A DNA stretch of 64,000 nucleotides from a bacterium (GTDB lineage Bacteria; SAR324; NAC60-12): NCBI GenBank assembly GCA_965233585.1, contig CBDDTI010000747.1:416001-480000 (forward strand). The letters run 5' to 3'. Shown here one piece after another: positions 22,200-32,499 of the stretch; positions within the stretch are counted from its first letter, which is position 1; each line of letters opens with the position of its first letter. Under the pieces are notes generated by a model. It was not told the origin of the DNA, made no database searches, and worked only from the letters and a program-made list of their open reading frames with translations. The translations under genes were made by a program, and so were the position numbers.

Positions 22200-22935
22200 T
22201 CGTCATTGCGGGCTTGACCTGCAATCTCAAACTTTCTCATTTTAAAAAAAGGGGGCGTCCTGCTCCCTTTTTCTTACCTTTGTTTTTCATTTTCGTCTTC
22301 TTAGCAAGCGGGGTAGTCAGAGAAATAGAACGGAGTCATTCGGAGCGAAAGCAGAAATCCATGCTTGGTTTGGTAATAGATTCCGTGTCAGGCACGGAAT
22401 GACTGGGAGAATTGAAACACCCCGACCTGCGGACTTTGCTTTCTCATTCCTCTCATTCCTTTGTTATTGCCCACCTTGTCTGCATCTCTACACAACCGTC
22501 ATTGCGGGCTTGACCCGCAATCTCCATACAACCGTCATTGCGGACTTGATCCGCAATCTCACTCTTGTTTTTTGAGATTCCGTGTCAGGCACGGAATGAC
22601 TGGGAGAATTGAAACACCCCGACCTGCGGACTTTGCTTTCTCATTCCTCTCATTCCTTTGTTATTGCCCACCTTGTCTGCATCTCTACACAACCGTCATT
22701 GCGGGCTTGACCCGCAATCTCTCCCCACTTTCTTTCTTCTTTTGTTTTCTCTCTGCTCTACTCTCACTCTTGTTTTTTTGAGATTCCTCACCAAGTGTAG
22801 CATGACTGCTACTGTCATTCGGAGCGAAAGCTCTGAATCCAGTCATGTAGGATTCTGTGCTTGGGTTTAAGATAGATTCCGTGTCAAGCACGGAATGACG
22901 GGAGGATTTTGCTCACCTTGACCCGCAATCTCAAA
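22200..22935. repeat. Large REP-like cluster with an about 145-bp direct duplication (offset 197 bp)
   Basis: About 22380-22524 recurs at 22577-22721; many REP units. Confidence 0.88.
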
Positions 22936-23065
22936 ATTCCTCGCTATTTTAAGCAAGCGAATCAAAATTCATCATTTTAAAAGTTGATTTTGTTTTTGAA
23001 AATTTGCTAAAATCATCATCTTGTTTTTTGTTCATTCTCACTTAACCATTATTTAGGAGGTTTTT

Positions 23066-24406
23066 ATGTTAGGACAAATCAAATCAATTCAAAACTCTCT
23101 TGCTAGGAGAGGTTTTTTTTATGACGGAATAATTGTTTTCTTGACACTTCTTGCTTTAGCGGGTTGCACACCTCCTGCTGAAGAAAATGAAGAAGGAAAT
23201 GAAGCCTCCAATGACGTCAAGTGCAAGGTCACCTCTGGCAATTCTTTGGAAACAGGTCAAGAATTGGTTGCCAACCTCACCTGCACCGCATCAACAATTT
23301 ATCAAGGTAAAAAGTTAAACATCACTTACGATGAAAGTTTAGCTTCTTTGAAGCTGGTCGTTGGAGAAAAAGAAACAGTTGGACAAAGTGGAAAGTTGTC
23401 TTACATTTTACCTAGAAAAAAAGAATTTCAAGCCAAGCTGAAGTTGACAGGAGTGACAGCAGGCAAAGGTCAACTGCAATTCAAAATCTTGAGAAAAAAA
23501 TCAAACTGGGCTTTTACAGTGGTCAATGGCAACGGACTTGACATTAACAACGGAGCTGACGTTTCCAAATACACTTGGAAGCGGGTCGCTTCTTCAGCAG
23601 GGTGGTCTGCTCGTAATGTTCACACAAGCGTCGTGTTCAATAACAAAATCTGGGTACTAGGAGGAATTGATTTTGGCAGAAAAAACGATGTCTGGAGTTC
23701 TTCTGATGGCAAGAATTGGACAGAAGAAACTTCTTCAGCAGGTTGGTCTGCTAGGAATTCCCACACAAGCGTCGTGTTCAATAACAAAATCTGGGTGCTA
23801 GGAGGAATTGATTCTGGCTGGAAAAACGATGTCTGGAGTTCTTCTGATGGCAAGAATTGGACTCAAAGCACAGCTTCAGCAGGTTGGTCTGCTCGTGCTT
23901 TGCACACAAGCGTTGTGTTCAATAACAAAATCTGGGTGCTGGGAGGTTTTACTGGTGGCAATAAAAACGATGTCTGGAGTTCTTCTGACGGCATTAATTG
24001 GACAGAAGACACTTCTTCGGCAGGTTGGGATGCCCGTTATGATCACGCAAGCGTCGTGTTCAATAACAAAATCTGGGTGCTAGGAGGCTCTGGTAAAAAC
24101 GATGTCTGGAGTTCTTCTGACGGCATTAATTGGACTCAAAGTACAGCTTCAGCAGATTGGTCTACTCGTGATTCTCACACAAGTGTCGTGTTCAATAACA
24201 AAATCTGGGTGCTAGGGGGATTTGATGGCGTCAGGAAAAACGATGTCTGGAGTTCTTCTGACGGCAGTAATTGGACAGAAGATACTTCTTCAGCAGGTTG
24301 GGATGTTCGTGCTGGACATAAAAGCGTTGTGTTCAACAACAAAATCTGGGTGCTAGGAGGTAGAAGCACTGCGAAAAGAAACGATGTTTGGGCAGCTGGT
24401 CCCTAA
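23066..24406 (+). CDS. Variable lipoprotein paralog 4: shared N-terminal domain plus six Kelch-like repeats
   Basis: LALAGC; first ~150 aa homologous to paralogs; 6x HTSVVFNNKIWVLGG..KNDVW, mostly 141-bp period. Confidence 0.88.
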   Translation: MLGQIKSIQNSLARRGFFYDGIIVFLTLLALAGCTPPAEENEEGNEASNDVKCKVTSGNSLETGQELVANLTCTASTIYQGKKLNITYDESLASLKLVVGEKETVGQSGKLSYILPRKKEFQAKLKLTGVTAGKGQLQFKILRKKSNWAFTVVNGNGLDINNGADVSKYTWKRVASSAGWSARNVHTSVVFNNKIWVLGGIDFGRKNDVWSSSDGKNWTEETSSAGWSARNSHTSVVFNNKIWVLGGIDSGWKNDVWSSSDGKNWTQSTASAGWSARALHTSVVFNNKIWVLGGFTGGNKNDVWSSSDGINWTEDTSSAGWDARYDHASVVFNNKIWVLGGSGKNDVWSSSDGINWTQSTASADWSTRDSHTSVVFNNKIWVLGGFDGVRKNDVWSSSDGSNWTEDTSSAGWDVRAGHKSVVFNNKIWVLGGRSTAKRNDVWAAGP

Positions 24407-24524
24407 ATTTCACTACCTGTCAATTCGTCTTCTCTTAAAACCACCTTGCTTGAATGATCAAGCGGGGGTGTTTCTTCTTACGCAAAACCAAACCTTCCTT
24501 TTCATCACTTGCTGTCTTGTTTTT

Positions 24525-24665
24525 TGGTCATTCGGAGCGAAAGCAGGAATCCAATCATGTAGGAATCTGTGCTTGGTTTAAGATAGATTCCGTGTCAAGC
24601 ACGGAATGACCAAACACAACCCAGCAAAATTCTCCCGTCATTGCGGGCTTGACCCGCAATCTCAA
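24525..24665. repeat. Cluster of REP-like palindromes
   Basis: GATTCCGTGTCAAGCACGGAATGAC and CGTCATTGCGGGCTTGACCCGCAATCTC. Confidence 0.85.
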
Positions 24666-24850
24666 ACTTCCATCTTCCAAAAAACCGTTATTTCAAAAGG
24701 AACACTTGCTTGCTTCTTTGATTTTTTGCTCAAGTCATTAAAAATAATTAAAAAATGATTTTAAAAGTTGCATTTGTCTTTCAAGGTGCTAAAATCGTAA
24801 CCTTCTTTTTTGTTCGTTCTCATTTAACCAAATCATTTAGGAGTTTTTTT

Positions 24851-26033
24851 ATGTTAGAACAAATCAAATCCATTCAAAACCTCTTGTCAGGGGGGGGCTT
24901 TTTATGACAAAGTAATCCTTTTCTTGACACTTCTGGTCTTGGCAGGTTGCACACCGCCTGCTGAAGAAAACGAGGGGGAAGCCACCCAAAATCAAGCCAC
25001 TTGCGAGGTCACCTCTGGCAGTTCTTTGGCAACGGGTCAAGAATTGGTTGCAGACTTAACATGCGCTGTATCAAACATTTATCAAGGCAAACGGTTAAGC
25101 ATCGCTTACGATGAAAGTTTGACGTCTTTGAAGCTGGTTGTGTCAGGGGACAAAGCAGTCGGACAGATTGGAACGTTAAACTACAAATTACCTAGAAAAA
25201 AAGAGTTTCAAGCCAAGCTGAAGTTGACAGGAGTCGCAGCAGGCAAGGGACAACTCAAGTTCAAAATCTTGAGAAAAAAATCAAATTGGGATTTTACAGT
25301 AGTCGCTGCTGACAATGCTTTGACCAAGATGCAAGACTCATCAGGCAAAGCTTACGGACGTTCGGTGTTGAGATTAGATACTTCTCAAACATTAGTTTCT
25401 AATGATGAGACAGTTTGCAGAAATGCACCTTTGAATGCACTGCTTGTGTCGTCAGATAATTTCACAACTTGTGAAAAAGTGTATGTTCAAAAAGGCGACA
25501 ACACCAATCATGTCATTATTCCCAAACAGACTTGGGGCTTAAACAAAACTTACAAACTGGCAGTCAAAACGGCAAGCGGAGCTTTTGCACTCAATCGTTC
25601 TGGCAATCCTGTCTCCTTTAACACAAACAATGCCAATCACAACACTGTGGCTCACGTCACCAAGTTTGATGCTGGTTCAATACCTCAAGTGCTAAACAAT
25701 CACTTCCATTTGGAAAAAGACGGAGAACTCTGGTATTACATCAACAAAGGAACAAACGCACCAAGGTATGACGCCAGTGAATGTCGGTCTATCAACTACA
25801 AGGCAACAGATGATAAACAATTTAAAAACCTTAGTGGACTCAATCAAGCTGACAGAGAGCTAGCCAAAACTATTTTAAACCGCAATAGTTACTATATTGC
25901 TTCTGTTACTGGAGGTGGAAATACTCGTTTGTATAGACTCTCAACAACCATAGGCACTAACTCCAATGTGGGAGGTCCATTGGCTTCTAATCTTTACTAT
26001 CTTTGTTTTGTGAAGATTCCAGAACGTGCTTAA
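24851..26033 (+). pseudogene. Variable lipoprotein paralog 5, out of frame at G8 tract 24890-24897 (putative phase OFF)
   Basis: AGGAG RBS and ATG 24851; reads ...SGGGFL-TGA; G7 or G10 restores the LVLAGC lipobox frame. Confidence 0.8.
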
Positions 26034-26099
26034 ACGTTTTCGTTTCTTTTTCCTTCCTACCTCTCATTTGTTTAAAAAAAGGGGGCGTTCTGCTCCCTT

Positions 26100-26680
26100 T
26101 TCGTCACCTGCGTCATTGCTCACCTTGACCCGCAATCTCTCTTTTTCTCATTCCTCACTTTCTTACCTGTGGGCTTGTTTTTTGGTCATTGCTCACCTTG
26201 ACCCGCAATCTCTCCTTTTCCCAAACAACTCTTGTTTTTGAGATTCCGTGTCAAGCACGGAATGACGGTTTGCTCTTTTTCCTATTCCCTCGTCATTGCT
26301 CACTTTAAAAAACCGCCATTGCGGGCTTGAGTGAGCAATCTCATTCTTCTTAAAACACAGGACAAACACTCGGGTTTGTCCCTACTTTGTCATTTCGTGC
26401 TTGACACGGAATCTCTCTTTTGTTTTTTGAGATTCCGCATCAAGTGTGGAATGACAGGAGGGGTTGTAGGCTTTGTTTTTCTCTCTACTTTGCCTTTTCC
26501 CAAACCCTCCTTATCCTGTGCTTTCTTGAGGAGTGGTAAAAAATGAGCGATGGCTTGACTTCGTCTAGATCATGGTTCACCTTGAAAGCCGTCATTGCTC
26601 ACCTTGACCCGCAATCTCCTCTTTTTCATTGTGTTTGCATTCTTCTTTTTGAGATTCTTTGTCAAGCACTCAAGTGAAGT
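26100..26680. repeat. Cluster of REP-like palindromes
   Basis: GTCATTGCTCACCTTGACCCGCAATCTC x3, GATTCCGTGTCAAGCACGGAATGAC, GATTCCGCATCAAGTGTGGAATGAC. Confidence 0.85.
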
Positions 26681-26787
26681 GAGGAGTTGGCTGGGTTGTT
26701 TTTTTTCTGCTTTGTTCTCCCTTTTTCTCAAAAATCTGCTAGGCTAGGTGTATTTAAACCTATAAATTTAGATTTTAGGAGAACAAG

Positions 26788-27513
26788 ATGAGTGAACAAT
26801 TTGATGAGATTTGGGCAATTTTAAAAGAAAACGCAAAAGGCATGCAGGAGTTGAAAGAACGACAAGAAGAAAATGCCAAGCGACAAGAAGAAAATAGCAG
26901 GCAGTTGGCAGAACTGACAAAGAAGCAAGAAAAAACAGACAAGCAGCAAGAAGAAAATAGCAAGCAGCAAGAAGAAAACAGCAAGCAGTTGGCAGAACTG
27001 ACTTTGCAACTTCAAGAACTCAAACCAGCAGTTGCCAGCATGGTGCGGGGCATTCAGAAGATGGAAAACTTCATCAGCAATACTTCGGAGATTTTAGAAA
27101 GTCGTCTGTGCCGTTCTGTGGAACAGGTTATAGAAAAAAATGGTTTCATTGAAATCGGTGGCATTCGCTACGACGAAGTGGAACAAAACCTCAAAGGGAA
27201 AAATGGTATCACGGCTCAATATGACCTTGTGCTGTTCAGCAAAACAAAGCATCTGCTTTTGATAGAAGTCAAACGTAAGCCACATGTTAAGGATTTCCAA
27301 CAAGTGCTTCGGCAAAAAGAGACCTTTCCTAAATTGTTTCCGGGGTATCAAGATTATGAGATCCATTGCGGGTTAGCAGGAGAAGTCTTTTATGACGAAC
27401 TCATCAGTGAGGCAGAAGAAGAAGGGATTTATCTTTTTCAAGAACAGGCAGGAGAATTACAGGTCATCTCGTCTGCGTCGTTGCAGTTAGAATTGGAGGC
27501 AATGGAACACTGA
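26788..27513 (+). CDS. Coiled-coil heptad-repeat protein with C-terminal PD-(D/E)XK nuclease-like domain, copy 1
   Basis: QEENSKQ repeats; QYDLV...LLIEVK motif; AGGAG RBS. Confidence 0.72.
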   Translation: MSEQFDEIWAILKENAKGMQELKERQEENAKRQEENSRQLAELTKKQEKTDKQQEENSKQQEENSKQLAELTLQLQELKPAVASMVRGIQKMENFISNTSEILESRLCRSVEQVIEKNGFIEIGGIRYDEVEQNLKGKNGITAQYDLVLFSKTKHLLLIEVKRKPHVKDFQQVLRQKETFPKLFPGYQDYEIHCGLAGEVFYDELISEAEEEGIYLFQEQAGELQVISSASLQLELEAMEH

Positions 27514-27530
27514 ACACTGGTTTTCTTTTT

Positions 27531-28290
27531 GGTATTGTTAAACTATAAGTGATATGCGATATTAAGTTCATTTAATTGAATTGATAGTCATGGTGTAGCA
27601 ATGAAGTTGTGTCCTAGATGTGAAAGTGAGAAGACGGTTAAGAATGGTTTTTTATATGGTAAACCGAGGAGGCGTTGCAATGCCTGCAGCTATCAATATA
27701 CCAAGTCCTATCGTGGTCAAATCTCACCACAGATCAAAAGAAGAGCATTAGAGTTGTATTTGGAGGGTCTTGGTTTCAGGTCAATCGGTCGTTTGCTGAA
27801 TTGTTCTCATGTTTCAGTTTATAATTGGGTCTGTAGTTTTGGCGAACAGCTCAAGGCATTAAGAAAGGACACAGACATTGAAATTATGGAAATTGATGAA
27901 ATGCACACCTACATCCAGTCAAAAAAAACTACTGCTGGCTCTGGATTGCTGTTGATAGACGTGGGAAGCAATTTATCAATTGTGTGCTTGGAAACAGAGA
28001 CTCAAAAGCCTGTAGGCATTTATGGGACAAGGTCAAGGAAACAAAACCTCTTCAGGTGATGACTGATCACTGCAAGGCTTACAAACAAGTCATTCCCAAA
28101 GAAATTCATACATGTTCCAAGACAGAAACATACACGGTAGAAGGGTATAATTCTCTCTTGAGACATTTCTTGGCAAGAATGAGAAGGAAAACCAAATGTT
28201 ACAGCAAGTCTCTTAAAGCATTACAATATTCTGTTCTTTTGTTCATGGCAAAACGGAATAATCAACTATCACTTATTATTTAACAATGCC
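27531..28290 (+). mobile_element. IS1-family element (760 bp), no target duplication
   Basis: TIRs GGTATTGTTAAACTATAAGTGATA / TATCACTTATTATTTAACAATGCC (21/24 match); zinc ribbon + HTH ORF and DDE ORF in -1 frame. Confidence 0.92.
27601..28283 (+). CDS. IS1-family transposase InsAB via -1 frameshift at A8C (27921-27929)
   Basis: CPRC..KNG..RRRCNAC, EIDEMHTY, TDHCKAY, TYTVEGYNSLLRHFLAR. Confidence 0.88.
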
Positions 28291-28294
28291 CAAA

Positions 28295-28456
28295 AATGAA
28301 CTCAAAGAAGACATCCACTATTTAAAAGGAGAACAGAAGCTCCTTAAATGGATGGTCAGCTTTGGCATTTCTTTAAATCTGGTCACACTCGGCGTCGTAC
28401 TAGCCTTTTTATTTACTTCTCTTCCTGCCCCAAAAAAACCAGCCCGCCTATCGTGA
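28295..28456 (+). pseudogene. 3' remnant of a DUF1640-like paralog abutting the IS1 right end
   Basis: NELKEDIHYLKGEQKLLKWMVSFGISLNLVTLGVVLAFLF matches the C-terminus of the 20153 gene. Confidence 0.85.
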
Positions 28457-28673
28457 GCAAGCACCTCTCCAACTGAGGAAACAAGAAAGCAGAGAAAGTG
28501 AGAAAAAAGAGAGATGAAGGTTAGCAACGACTAATACATGCCTGCAATGACAAAAAGCAAGCCTGCAAAACCCTCCCGTCATTGCGGGCTTGACCCGCAA
28601 TCTCTTCTTTTTTTCAAAAAATGCTATAATCAGCGGTTTTTGAAGTTTGAAAGTTTCATTTTGGAGAAAAAAG

Positions 28674-29021
28674 ATGAGTGCAAGATTTGATGAGACTTGA
28701 GCAATTTTAAAAGAAAATGCCAAAGGCGTACAAAAGCTAACAAAGAAGCAAGAAGAATTTGCGTAACAACAGCAAGAATCTAATGCCAAGTGGAAAAAAG
28801 AAAGACCAGAACGCCATGCAGAATGGGAAAAAGAGATGAAGGAAGAAAGGCGATTGAGGAAAGAGACGTTCCCTGTCGTGTTTCCGCAATATCAGGATTT
28901 TCAAATTCATCTAGGACTTGCTTGTCAAAGCATTCCAGAGCATCTTATCTCTCATGCTAAAGCCAAAGGGGTTTACCTCTTGCAACCTGAAGCAGACCAG
29001 ATTAGAATCATTGAACTTTGA
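28674..29021 (+). pseudogene. Degenerate paralog of the coiled-coil/PD-(D/E)XK gene
   Basis: MSARFDET*AILKENAKG..FA*..KETFPVVFPQYQDFQIHLGLA: two in-frame stops, nuclease core missing; upstream TGCTATAAT region shared with the 57266 copy. Confidence 0.8.
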
Positions 29022-29101
29022 GCCTTGATTAGCAATGATACAATATTTGATGCAATTTTAGAGGGATAACTTTTTTTAAGCGAGTGAGAGGGGAATTTTT
29101 G

Positions 29102-29311
29102 ATGAAATATCTTTTGATTTTGTTGGCAGGCATCGTCACGTTTGGGGCAGGTTTGACATCGCTGGTATTGTTTGAGTTTGTGGATTCCAAGAATCATGTT
29201 GGTTTTTTGAATGAAGCCTTTATTTTAGTGCCAGTAGGGTATTTGTTGATGGGCATTGGTTTGATACTGGGCTTGGTGTATCGCACACATGTCAAAAAAC
29301 GTTCCCTTTAG
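29102..29311 (+). CDS. Small two-TM membrane protein
   Basis: Two hydrophobic segments; GAGGGG upstream of ATG 29102. Confidence 0.55.
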   Translation: MKYLLILLAGIVTFGAGLTSLVLFEFVDSKNHVGFLNEAFILVPVGYLLMGIGLILGLVYRTHVKKRSL

Positions 29312-30020
29312 CAAGTGGCAGCCGATAGGGGTTTGCGATGCCGCAGGTTCTGGCAAGAGGAAGGCAAAAATTTTCACCCGTGCAGACTTTGACAAGATAG
29401 CAACCTTTGACCTGAATCGTCAAAATTGGCAGGGGCATTCTGGAATGCAAACCTTGATTTTGCGTTATGCCAGAGATGTTGCCAAAATGTCCACACTCAC
29501 ACGAGACATGAAAAACCCACGTGTCTGTCACGTCAAGTTGGTTGGAATGCAGATGCAACTCAAAGAAACGCCTTGGCTCAATCAAGCCTCGTACGATGGT
29601 CAAGTTCAGCTGTTTCAAGTAGAGTTCCTTGACCAGCCGAGCAAGCAGTCGGCTTGGTGGCTTTGGGTCTTGCTTTTACTTTTACTCATCGCCCTGTTGG
29701 CAGTCATCGCTTTGTTCGTGCAATCCTCTTTCAACACCTCTCCAAAAACAACGTTTTGCCACATGCAATCTGTCAACTATGAACAGCATCTTGACCAAGC
29801 ACACCAAGAACTTGACCAAGTTTTTTCAAAATCGCTTTTAGCCAATCGCTTTGGCAATTTTTTTGATGATTTTTCAACCTCCAACCAAACTAGTGAACAG
29901 AAACTTTTGGGACGTTACCGTCAGCTTTTAGAAAATCCTCAAATTTCAGCCCAACACGTTCCCAAATCCACAGCATGCCTCAAAGTCTTATGCCAACAGG
30001 ACAATAGGCTTTGCCTCTAA
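29289..30020 (+). CDS. Hypothetical single-pass membrane protein
   Basis: 243-aa ORF with central TM WWLWVLLLLLLIALLAVIALF. Confidence 0.6.
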   Translation: MSKNVPFSKWQPIGVCDAAGSGKRKAKIFTRADFDKIATFDLNRQNWQGHSGMQTLILRYARDVAKMSTLTRDMKNPRVCHVKLVGMQMQLKETPWLNQASYDGQVQLFQVEFLDQPSKQSAWWLWVLLLLLLIALLAVIALFVQSSFNTSPKTTFCHMQSVNYEQHLDQAHQELDQVFSKSLLANRFGNFFDDFSTSNQTSEQKLLGRYRQLLENPQISAQHVPKSTACLKVLCQQDNRLCL

Positions 30021-30060
30021 GCCATTCATTCTTAGCTGATTCATTTTTATTCTAAACGAT

Positions 30061-30540
30061 ATGACAACAATCTCTCAAAAAGTGGACAACCTCATTGACA
30101 GCATGCAGTCCTGTATCATCACCTTGTCCAAAGCAGATGGTTCGCTTTGTTTGGGGTATCTGCCGTTCATCAGGCAGGGGCAGGATTTTTACGTCTTTGC
30201 TTCAAGTCTTTCAGAACATGGGGCAAGTTTAGCTGCAGGTTGTCAGGCAAGTCTCATGTTTATTGAAGACGAACAACAAGCCAAAAGCATTACCATCAGG
30301 CAACGTGCGATGTTTGACATAGACTACAAACCCATTCCCACAGACCCCAAAATTCTTGACCTGTTTCAATCCCAACGTGATGAAATTTACGCCATGTTGC
30401 AAAAGATGTCAGACTTCAGCCTGTACCTTCTGCATCTCAAGAATGGAAGGCTCGTACAAGGCTTTGGTGCGGCATTTGTGCAAAATGCTGATGGAATTTG
30501 GGAGCATCTGTCTGCGGATAAACTTAAAAAATCAAGTTAA
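30061..30540 (+). CDS. HutZ/HugZ-like pyridoxamine-5'-phosphate-oxidase-fold protein
   Basis: FYVFASSLSEH, SLMFIEDE, DFSLY, GRLVQGFGAAF. Confidence 0.8.
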   Translation: MTTISQKVDNLIDSMQSCIITLSKADGSLCLGYLPFIRQGQDFYVFASSLSEHGASLAAGCQASLMFIEDEQQAKSITIRQRAMFDIDYKPIPTDPKILDLFQSQRDEIYAMLQKMSDFSLYLLHLKNGRLVQGFGAAFVQNADGIWEHLSADKLKKSS

Positions 30541-30685
30541 GTCTTTCTTTTAAAACAAAATTCAGATACACTGACTGGCTTTTTTAAAGTCAAAATGGCA
30601 TGCAAAGTTTTGCTTCAAAAAAAATTGATTTTGAAGCAAAACATGCCAAATTCCTTAAAACTTATTTTTCCTAATAGAGTTTTTT

Positions 30686-32419
30686 ATGTCCCAAAAAGAA
30701 GACACAAACAAAGATGACTCGCAAAAAGAACATTTCAAAAGACCTTACTCTAGTCTTGTCACCGATGGCATGGAGCGTGCTGCAAGCCGTGGAATGCTGT
30801 ATGCGGTGGGTTTTCAAAAAGACGATTTTCAAAAACCCCAAATTGGCGTCGCAGGGACCTGGGCAATGGTGACTCCTTGTAACATGCACATTGACCGCCT
30901 TGTGCAAGATGTGGTTTCTGGTGTCAACAATTCTGGAGGCAAACCGATTCCATTCAACACGATTAGTATTTCTGATGGAATTTCAATGGGAACAGAAGGC
31001 ATGAAGTATTCGCTGGTGTCTCGTGAAGTCATTGCTGATTCCATTGAGACAGTGGTGGCGTGTCAGGGCTATGACGGAGTCGTTGCGATTGGCGGTTGTG
31101 ATAAAAATATGCCGGGGTGTCTCATCGCACTGGCAAGGCTTAATCGTCCCTCTCTCTTTGTTTATGGAGGCACGATTTTACCCGGTGAACATCAAGGTAA
31201 GAAAATAGACATCGTGTCTATTTTTGAGGCAGTTGGCAAAAGGGCATCTAATGAAATAGGAGACCAAGAACTGGAAGCCATTGAATCCAAAGCCATTCCC
31301 GGTGCAGGTTCTTGTGGTGGCATGTACACAGCAAACACGATGGCTTCTGCTATTGAAGCCTTGGGAATGAGCCTACCCAATAGTTCTGCACAAGCGGCAG
31401 TGTCTCAAGACAAATCCCAAGACTGCAAGCAGGCAGGTCAAGCTGTGATGAACCTCATCAGACGTGGCATTCTCCCTTGTGACATTATGACCAAAGAAGC
31501 CTTTGAAAATGCCATCACCCTCGTCACAGCAGTTGGAGGTTCAACCAATGCTGTTTTACATCTGATTGCCATGGCTTCTGCTATCAAGATTGAACTCACC
31601 CTTGAGGATTTCAGCAGAATTGGTCAAAAAACGCCTGTCATTGCAGACCTGAAACCAAGTGGCAAGTATCTCATGTCTGAACTCATTGATATTGGAGGCA
31701 CAGCACCCTTGATGAAAATGCTTTTAGAAGAAGGATTTTTACATGGTGATTGCCTGACTGTGACAGGTCAAACGATGCGTCAAAATTTGGCAAACGTTGC
31801 TCCTTATCCAGAGGGGCAATGTATTGTCAGGGGCTTTAACAATCCAATTAAACCAGAGGGGCATCTGGTTATGTTGTATGGCAATTTGGCAAAAGAGGGT
31901 TCTGTTGCCAAAATTTCAGGTAAAGAAGGGCTTGTCTTTTCTGGCAGTGCAAGGGTGTTTGATTCAGAAGAAGAGGCACTCAAGCGGATTTTAGACGGGA
32001 CAGTGGTCAAAGGTGATGTCCTTGTCATTCGTTACGAAGGACCTCAAGGGGGACCGGGAATGCGTGAGATGCTTGCCCCAACTTCTGCTGTCATGGGTCG
32101 TGGACTTGGCAAGGAAGTGGCTCTCATCACCGATGGTCGTTTTTCAGGGGGAAGTCACGGCTTTGTCATTGGACACATCACTCCAGAAGCCTACGTTGGC
32201 GGATTGATTGCCTTAGTAGAAGATGGCGACCCTATTACCATTGATGCCAAAAATCAGTCCATCACTTTAAACATTGAAGACCAAGAGATTGCAAAGCGTC
32301 AGAAGGATTGGCAAAAGCCCAAACCGCGTTACCAAAGAGGCACCCTTGCCAAATATGCAAGGCTTGTCAGCAATGCCTCCAAAGGTGCAGTGACAGACGT
32401 AGAAAACCGCTCTTTGTAA
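30686..32419 (+). CDS. ilvD: Dihydroxy-acid dehydratase
   Basis: [49 protein letters not shown]. Confidence 0.97.
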   Translation: MSQKEDTNKDDSQKEHFKRPYSSLVTDGMERAASRGMLYAVGFQKDDFQKPQIGVAGTWAMVTPCNMHIDRLVQDVVSGVNNSGGKPIPFNTISISDGISMGTEGMKYSLVSREVIADSIETVVACQGYDGVVAIGGCDKNMPGCLIALARLNRPSLFVYGGTILPGEHQGKKIDIVSIFEAVGKRASNEIGDQELEAIESKAIPGAGSCGGMYTANTMASAIEALGMSLPNSSAQAAVSQDKSQDCKQAGQAVMNLIRRGILPCDIMTKEAFENAITLVTAVGGSTNAVLHLIAMASAIKIELTLEDFSRIGQKTPVIADLKPSGKYLMSELIDIGGTAPLMKMLLEEGFLHGDCLTVTGQTMRQNLANVAPYPEGQCIVRGFNNPIKPEGHLVMLYGNLAKEGSVAKISGKEGLVFSGSARVFDSEEEALKRILDGTVVKGDVLVIRYEGPQGGPGMREMLAPTSAVMGRGLGKEVALITDGRFSGGSHGFVIGHITPEAYVGGLIALVEDGDPITIDAKNQSITLNIEDQEIAKRQKDWQKPKPRYQRGTLAKYARLVSNASKGAVTDVENRSL

Positions 32420-32499
32420 AAAATTTTTTTAAAAAAAGTTCTTACCCCCCTTCAATCAGTTTTACTTTTTGCTTTTTAGATTCAGTCTTGTTTTTTTAG

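Noticed and set aside
16679..26033. Complete diversity-generating retroelement
   Set aside because: No reverse transcriptase or template repeat in the window; the variable tails differ by indels
17940..26680. REP clusters as CRISPR arrays or integron attC sites
   Set aside because: Spacing is irregular, orientations are mixed and spacers are reused; I saw no cas or integrase gene and no consistent attC core sites
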